A stretch of DNA of 64,000 nucleotides from Bacteroidaceae bacterium. Lineage in GTDB: Bacteria > Bacteroidota > Bacteroidia > Bacteroidales > Bacteroidaceae. Below are positions 60,089-64,000 of the stretch, piece after piece; position 1 is the first letter of the stretch; each line of letters begins with the position of its first letter. The notes under the pieces are model-generated. The model searched no databases. It saw only the letters and a program-made list of their open reading frames with translations, and was not told the DNA's origin. The DNA lies in NCBI GenBank assembly GCA_045640065.1, contig JAZUEH010000119.1:19075-83074 (forward strand). The letters run 5' to 3'. The translations under genes were made by a program, and so were the position numbers.

Positions 60089-60973
60089 ATGTCCGGACAG
60101 AGGTCACACACACTCGTGATGCTGCACCTGGCAGTCCTTCTTGCCGGATGGACCGGAGTGTTCGGCCGCCTTATCAGTCTTGACGGTCTGCCGCTTGTCT
60201 GGTACCGGGTCATGGTAAGCGTCCCCTGCATGGTAGCGGTTCTTGCCGTGAGCGGACGTCTCAAAAAGGTTCCCGTATCACAACTGTGGCCGATTCTGGG
60301 ATGCGGAGTTCTGCTGGCCATCCATTGGGTCGCCTTCTATGAAAGCATCAAATCATCAAACGTATCGGTAGGAGTAGCCTGCATTGCCACCTCATGCTTC
60401 TTCACCACACTCTTCAACCCGATATTCGGGGCAAGGAAATTCTCGGTAAAGGAAGTGCTGCTCAGTTTCATTGCAATTGCAGGAATACTGCTCATATTCA
60501 GCATTGACATCCGGTACCGTACCGGCATACTGTGGGGCCTGTTTTCAGCTGCCGTATATTCGCTGTTCGCCATTTTCAATATCAGGACAGGCAAGCTGAC
60601 CGGACAGGACAGCGCCACAATGCTCATGTGGGAACTTGCAGGCAGTCTGATCATTCTTTCAGTCTGCGTTCCGCTTCTGTCCCTGCTGCGACAGGCCCCC
60701 ATCCCGACACCGCAGGAAATGGACATATGGTGGCTGATCATTCTGGGCTCCGTACTGACAATCATTCCGTTCCTGTTCCAGATAATCGCATTACGCCGTC
60801 TGTCAGCATTCACCGTCAATGTCACGTACAATCTGGAACCGGTCTACAGTATCATCTTCGCAGCCGTCCTTTTTGACGAAGCCCGTGAAGTGGGTTGGTC
60901 ATTCTGGCTGGGAATGGCGCTTGTCATATTTTCAGTCATCGCTGTAGCCCGTTCAGGCCGATACAGCAGCTGA
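60089..60973 (+). CDS. DMT-superfamily (EamA-like) transporter
   Basis: 294 aa with ~10 TM segments arranged as two EamA-like halves. Confidence 0.75.
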   Translation: MSGQRSHTLVMLHLAVLLAGWTGVFGRLISLDGLPLVWYRVMVSVPCMVAVLAVSGRLKKVPVSQLWPILGCGVLLAIHWVAFYESIKSSNVSVGVACIATSCFFTTLFNPIFGARKFSVKEVLLSFIAIAGILLIFSIDIRYRTGILWGLFSAAVYSLFAIFNIRTGKLTGQDSATMLMWELAGSLIILSVCVPLLSLLRQAPIPTPQEMDIWWLIILGSVLTIIPFLFQIIALRRLSAFTVNVTYNLEPVYSIIFAAVLFDEAREVGWSFWLGMALVIFSVIAVARSGRYSS

Positions 60974-61778
60974 CCAGCACATACGGTATGTCAAAACCGG
61001 CAGCAATCTGTGTCTCTATCCCGCCCGTGAAACGCGGATTGCATTCAAGGAAATAGGCCTTTCCATCAGAATCAATTCTGAAATCCATACCGCATACGCC
61101 CCTGTAATCCACATGGTCCAGAATCTGACGTGCAATCACGCACAGGTCCTCACGGATTACCGCTTCGCGCTGTGTTGACGGTCCCTGCCCGCGGTTTGCA
61201 AGCGAACGGTAGCAGGATGCCCGGAAGAAACCGTCCCATCGGACTGCATCCACACTGTAATCCTGTCCTTCTATCAGTTCTTCAATGAGAAAGGGATTCT
61301 GCGGCTCATGCTCCATAAGACGCTGCAGTGCCTCACGGCTGCGCGGACGCATAACGCCCGAACCTCCGAATGAACGGTCACGTTTGAAAATGACAGGAAA
61401 TGTCCCGACTTCGGAAGCCGATGCAAACATACGCGGCTGCAGAACACCTAATCCGGCTACCATCCGGCTGCATCGGACCTTGCTGTCCAGCAGTTCGACA
61501 ACAGCCGCATCGGAAACAGGTATCCGTATGTCACTTGGCAGACCCGGTTTCAGACGGGCCATAGCAGTCTGGTTGCCTATGGGGATAACCATCCGCGGCT
61601 GGAAACAGGCCAGTGCCTTAAACAGTTCCCGCCTGTATCCCGGCTCATCACGCAAGGTGTTCTGGGCAAAGTCCACCAGCCGGACACTGAATCCGTGCCC
61701 TGCCAGAGAATCCCTGACCGCCGGACCTGTGTTGCCCATAGTCCCGAACAGAAGAATGTCACACCCCTTTTCCGTCAT
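60936..61778 (-). CDS. ATP-grasp domain protein (small carboxylate-amine ligase-like)
   Basis: 280 aa with the ATP-grasp core VIFKRDRSFGGSGV, LIEELIEGQDYSVD and YFLECNPRFTGG. Its 3' end overlaps the DMT gene convergently by 38 nt. Confidence 0.7.
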   Translation of the reverse strand: MTEKGCDILLFGTMGNTGPAVRDSLAGHGFSVRLVDFAQNTLRDEPGYRRELFKALACFQPRMVIPIGNQTAMARLKPGLPSDIRIPVSDAAVVELLDSKVRCSRMVAGLGVLQPRMFASASEVGTFPVIFKRDRSFGGSGVMRPRSREALQRLMEHEPQNPFLIEELIEGQDYSVDAVRWDGFFRASCYRSLANRGQGPSTQREAVIREDLCVIARQILDHVDYRGVCGMDFRIDSDGKAYFLECNPRFTGGIETQIAAGFDIPYVLVSCCIGLNGLQR

Positions 61779-61840
61779 ATCAAATGGCTGTCATCAGAAA
61801 GCAAAGATAAATCAAAATCAAGCTATTCAGTAAAAATTGC

Positions 61841-61848
61841 TACATTTG
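61841..61848 (+). promoter_or_regulatory. Candidate -7 promoter box TACATTTG for greA
   Basis: Exact TAnnTTTG match, 23 nt upstream of the greA ATG (61871). Confidence 0.4.
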
Positions 61849-61870
61849 CGGGTCTGACATCAGTTTAAAA

Positions 61871-62350
61871 ATGGAATATCTGTCAAAGGAACGTTATGAC
61901 GAGATTGCGGCCGAGCTTGACAACCTCATAAACGTTGAGTTTCCCAAAATCAAGGATGCCATTTCCGAGGCACGCGCGCAGGGAGACCTCAGCGAGAACT
62001 ATGAGTACCATGCCGCCAGGAGAGCCCAGTCCAAGATGATTGGAAGAATCAAATTCCTGCAGAACGTCCTGAAGTTTTCCAGAGTCATTGATCCCAAAAT
62101 CCTTCCAGGCGACAAGGTCACTCTTCTGAGTAAGGTTGTACTTACCAATCTGGATACCGGTGCCAAACTGACCTACACCATTGTCAGCCCGCACGAAATG
62201 AATCTCAAGGAAGGCAAGATTTCCCTGAAATCCCCAATGGGTCAGGCATTGCTCGGCAAGAAAGCCGGTGACGAAGTGACCGTACATGCACCTGCAGCAA
62301 CATTCAGACTGAGAATCGACAGCATCACGATTGACGCTTCCATTTCCTGA
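61871..62350 (+). CDS. greA: Transcription elongation factor GreA
   Basis: 159 aa with the GDLSENYEYHAA acidic-tip motif and a C-terminal SPMGQALLGKKAGDEV block. Confidence 0.96.
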   Translation: MEYLSKERYDEIAAELDNLINVEFPKIKDAISEARAQGDLSENYEYHAARRAQSKMIGRIKFLQNVLKFSRVIDPKILPGDKVTLLSKVVLTNLDTGAKLTYTIVSPHEMNLKEGKISLKSPMGQALLGKKAGDEVTVHAPAATFRLRIDSITIDASIS

Positions 62351-62416
62351 AAAGCCCCAAAACTGTTAAAAACAAATAAATAGTTGAATTATAGTTTGAC
62401 TATTGGATTTTTGTTG

Positions 62417-62424
62417 TATGTTTG
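62417..62424 (+). promoter_or_regulatory. Candidate -7 promoter box TATGTTTG for the blaI/blaR1-like operon
   Basis: Exact TAnnTTTG match, 45 nt upstream of the ATG at 62469. Confidence 0.4.
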
Positions 62425-62429
62425 CAGCG

Positions 62430-62452
62430 TCAACTATGAATGAACTATAGTT
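62430..62452 (+). promoter_or_regulatory. Candidate BlaI-type operator (palindromes overlapping the predicted transcription start)
   Basis: Perfect 10-bp palindrome AACTATAGTT at 62443-62452. TCAACTAT at 62430-62437 is the inverted copy of ATAGTTGA at 62380-62387. A near-palindrome AATTATAGTT lies at 62387-62396. Confidence 0.35.
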
Positions 62453-62468
62453 TTATTGCAATAAGAAC

Positions 62469-62828
62469 ATGAAGAAATTAAGTAAAAAAGAACTGGAAAT
62501 CATGGAACTGTTCTGGAAGAACGGAGCCATGACCACGAGTGAGATCAGGGAGTTGATGCCCGAGCCCAGGCCGCACATCAACACGGTATCGACCCAGGTG
62601 CGGCTGCTGGAAAGCAACGGATTCCTGGACCACCGCAAGGAGGGAACCGGATACCGCTACTTCTACAAGATCGAGTGGCAGGACTACAACAACGAATTCA
62701 ACGGAAATCCGCTTATGCGCTGCCTTAAGAACTCGTACATCAAGGCAGTATCGGCCCTTGTCAAGGATGACAAGATAACCGTTGACGAACTGCGCGAACT
62801 CATTGATCTGATTGATTCCGAAAAGTAA
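62469..62828 (+). CDS. BlaI/MecI/CopY-family winged-helix repressor
   Basis: 119 aa. LSKKELEIMELFWKNGAMTTSEI is the typical family N-terminus, and the gene is followed by an M56 sensor gene. Confidence 0.85.
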   Translation: MKKLSKKELEIMELFWKNGAMTTSEIRELMPEPRPHINTVSTQVRLLESNGFLDHRKEGTGYRYFYKIEWQDYNNEFNGNPLMRCLKNSYIKAVSALVKDDKITVDELRELIDLIDSEK

Positions 62829-62844
62829 CCTTTATTATACAGTC

Positions 62845-64000
62845 ATGGAGACCTTCCTGATTTACCAATTGAAGGTGGCTGTCCTGGCAGCCGTATTATA
62901 CCTTCTGTATAAATGGCTGCTTGGCAAGCAGACATTCCACGGTTTCAACCGCATGACACTGCTGCTCATATGCGCCCTGTCATTCATACTGCCCGCTTGT
63001 CACATTGAGAACGAGCAGCTTACCAGTGAGGTCAGAAAGGTCTTCCCCGTATTTGCCACGGCCGCTACAGTCCCGACTGAAGCTGGGATGGCAGGCAATA
63101 CCCTCACGGCAGGCAATGTGCTGACCGAAGACAATTCCGCAGCGATGGCCGATGAGACAGCCGGCGCAACCATTGAACCGACAGTCAGCAGAAAGCCGGT
63201 CAACTGGTCACGTGTGGCAACAATCGGCTTGTTTACGCTATGGTGCATGGGCTTTATCTGGCTGTTGCTCAAGAAGGTATTGTCAATTCTATCCATACGC
63301 AGGCTGATACGCGAAGGCCGCTATCAGGACCGTCAGGACGAATGCGACCTGATTGAGAGCAATGGCATATCGCAGCCCATGAACTGGATGAACTTCATAA
63401 TGATGCCCCATGACTGGATTGAAAAGGAAAACCAGGCGGTGTGGAAACATGAACTCTCACACGCACGCAAGGCTCACTCCATAGACCTTCTCATTATTGA
63501 CCTGATGCAGCTGTTCCAGTGGTTCAACCCTGCAATGATGCTGCTGTACAAGGAGATGGAGCTGCTTCACGAATTCCAGGCAGACCGTGCCGTCATTGAC
63601 TCCGGGGCCGATGCACGCCAGTACAAGCTGATGCTGGTGAATGCCGTTGCCGAGAACCGCGGATTCGCCATGACAAGCTGGCTGAGACAGACCAACCTTA
63701 AAAAAAGAATAGATATGATGCAAAGAAAAGAATCAAACCGCTGGAACAGGCTCAGAGTCCTGTTCGTACCGATTGTTGCAGCAGCGTTCACGGTTGTCAA
63801 CTCGTCTTTCGCCAGTGCCCAGGACCAGAATTTCCATTGGGATCCGTTCCAGGACGGCAAGACCTGGGTGTATGAAAACGGCATGGCCAAAGTCCGCACG
63901 GTCGATGGTGTCGAAGCCAGCATGAAGACAACCGAAGTGGCAGACTACCTGGCCAAGTACAAGCCGGTCAAGACAACACGTATGACCCTGCGCTATGTGC
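62845..64000 (+). CDS. BlaR1-like M56-family membrane metalloprotease/sensor, 3' end outside window
   Basis: ATG at 62845 (METFLIYQLKVAVLAAVLYLLYKWLL). The in-frame HELSH zinc motif at 63448-63462 (VWKHELSHARKAHS) was checked by codon phase. The frame runs open to the window edge, so it is missing from the ORF track. Confidence 0.8.
   Translation, partial: METFLIYQLKVAVLAAVLYLLYKWLLGKQTFHGFNRMTLLLICALSFILPACHIENEQLTSEVRKVFPVFATAATVPTEAGMAGNTLTAGNVLTEDNSAAMADETAGATIEPTVSRKPVNWSRVATIGLFTLWCMGFIWLLLKKVLSILSIRRLIREGRYQDRQDECDLIESNGISQPMNWMNFIMMPHDWIEKENQAVWKHELSHARKAHSIDLLIIDLMQLFQWFNPAMMLLYKEMELLHEFQADRAVIDSGADARQYKLMLVNAVAENRGFAMTSWLRQTNLKKRIDMMQRKESNRWNRLRVLFVPIVAAAFTVVNSSFASAQDQNFHWDPFQDGKTWVYENGMAKVRTVDGVEASMKTTEVADYLAKYKPVKTTRMTLRYV

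Overview
This 64 kb chromosomal segment looks like a Bacteroidales (Bacteroidota) genome. Support for that: many SpII lipoproteins, TAnnTTTG-type -7 promoter boxes, A-rich leaders without Shine-Dalgarno sites, a MurF-Alr fusion, and a folP-cdaA pair. About 50 tightly packed genes are present. I saw no rRNA, tRNA, CRISPR array, integrase or transposase.

Most of the window is housekeeping: ung, asnA, an LptD-like protein, GH2 beta-galactosidase, dnaA, folB, class II RNR, MurF-Alr, dxs, trkAH, queA, comF, recX, prmC, deoD, purN, groES/EL, cdaA, folP, adenine deaminase, murF, greA and a blaI/blaR1-like pair.

Three regions stand out:
1. 16.6-27.1 kb holds three tandem, diverged copies of a two-gene cassette. 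Each pairs a ~645-aa polytopic membrane protein with a ~500-530-aa lipoprotein carrying one invariant CXXCH motif and a PD40/TolB-like beta-propeller. The six genes are packed into one 7-gene operon-like block that ends in an Amidase_3/SPOR gene just upstream of dnaA. I know of no characterised function for this pair, and it is my best candidate for an undescribed system.
2. 41.9-43.8 kb holds a compact ABC-type ATPase translationally coupled to a DUF4435/Toprim protein. This is the PARIS-like (AriA/AriB) architecture, wedged against trkH.
3. 1-6.2 kb is a surface-lipoprotein cluster that includes a 1051-aa collagen-like (G-X-Y)34 protein.

All calls come from reading the ORF translations and the sequence by eye. 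No searches or computations were run, and identity estimates are hand counts.
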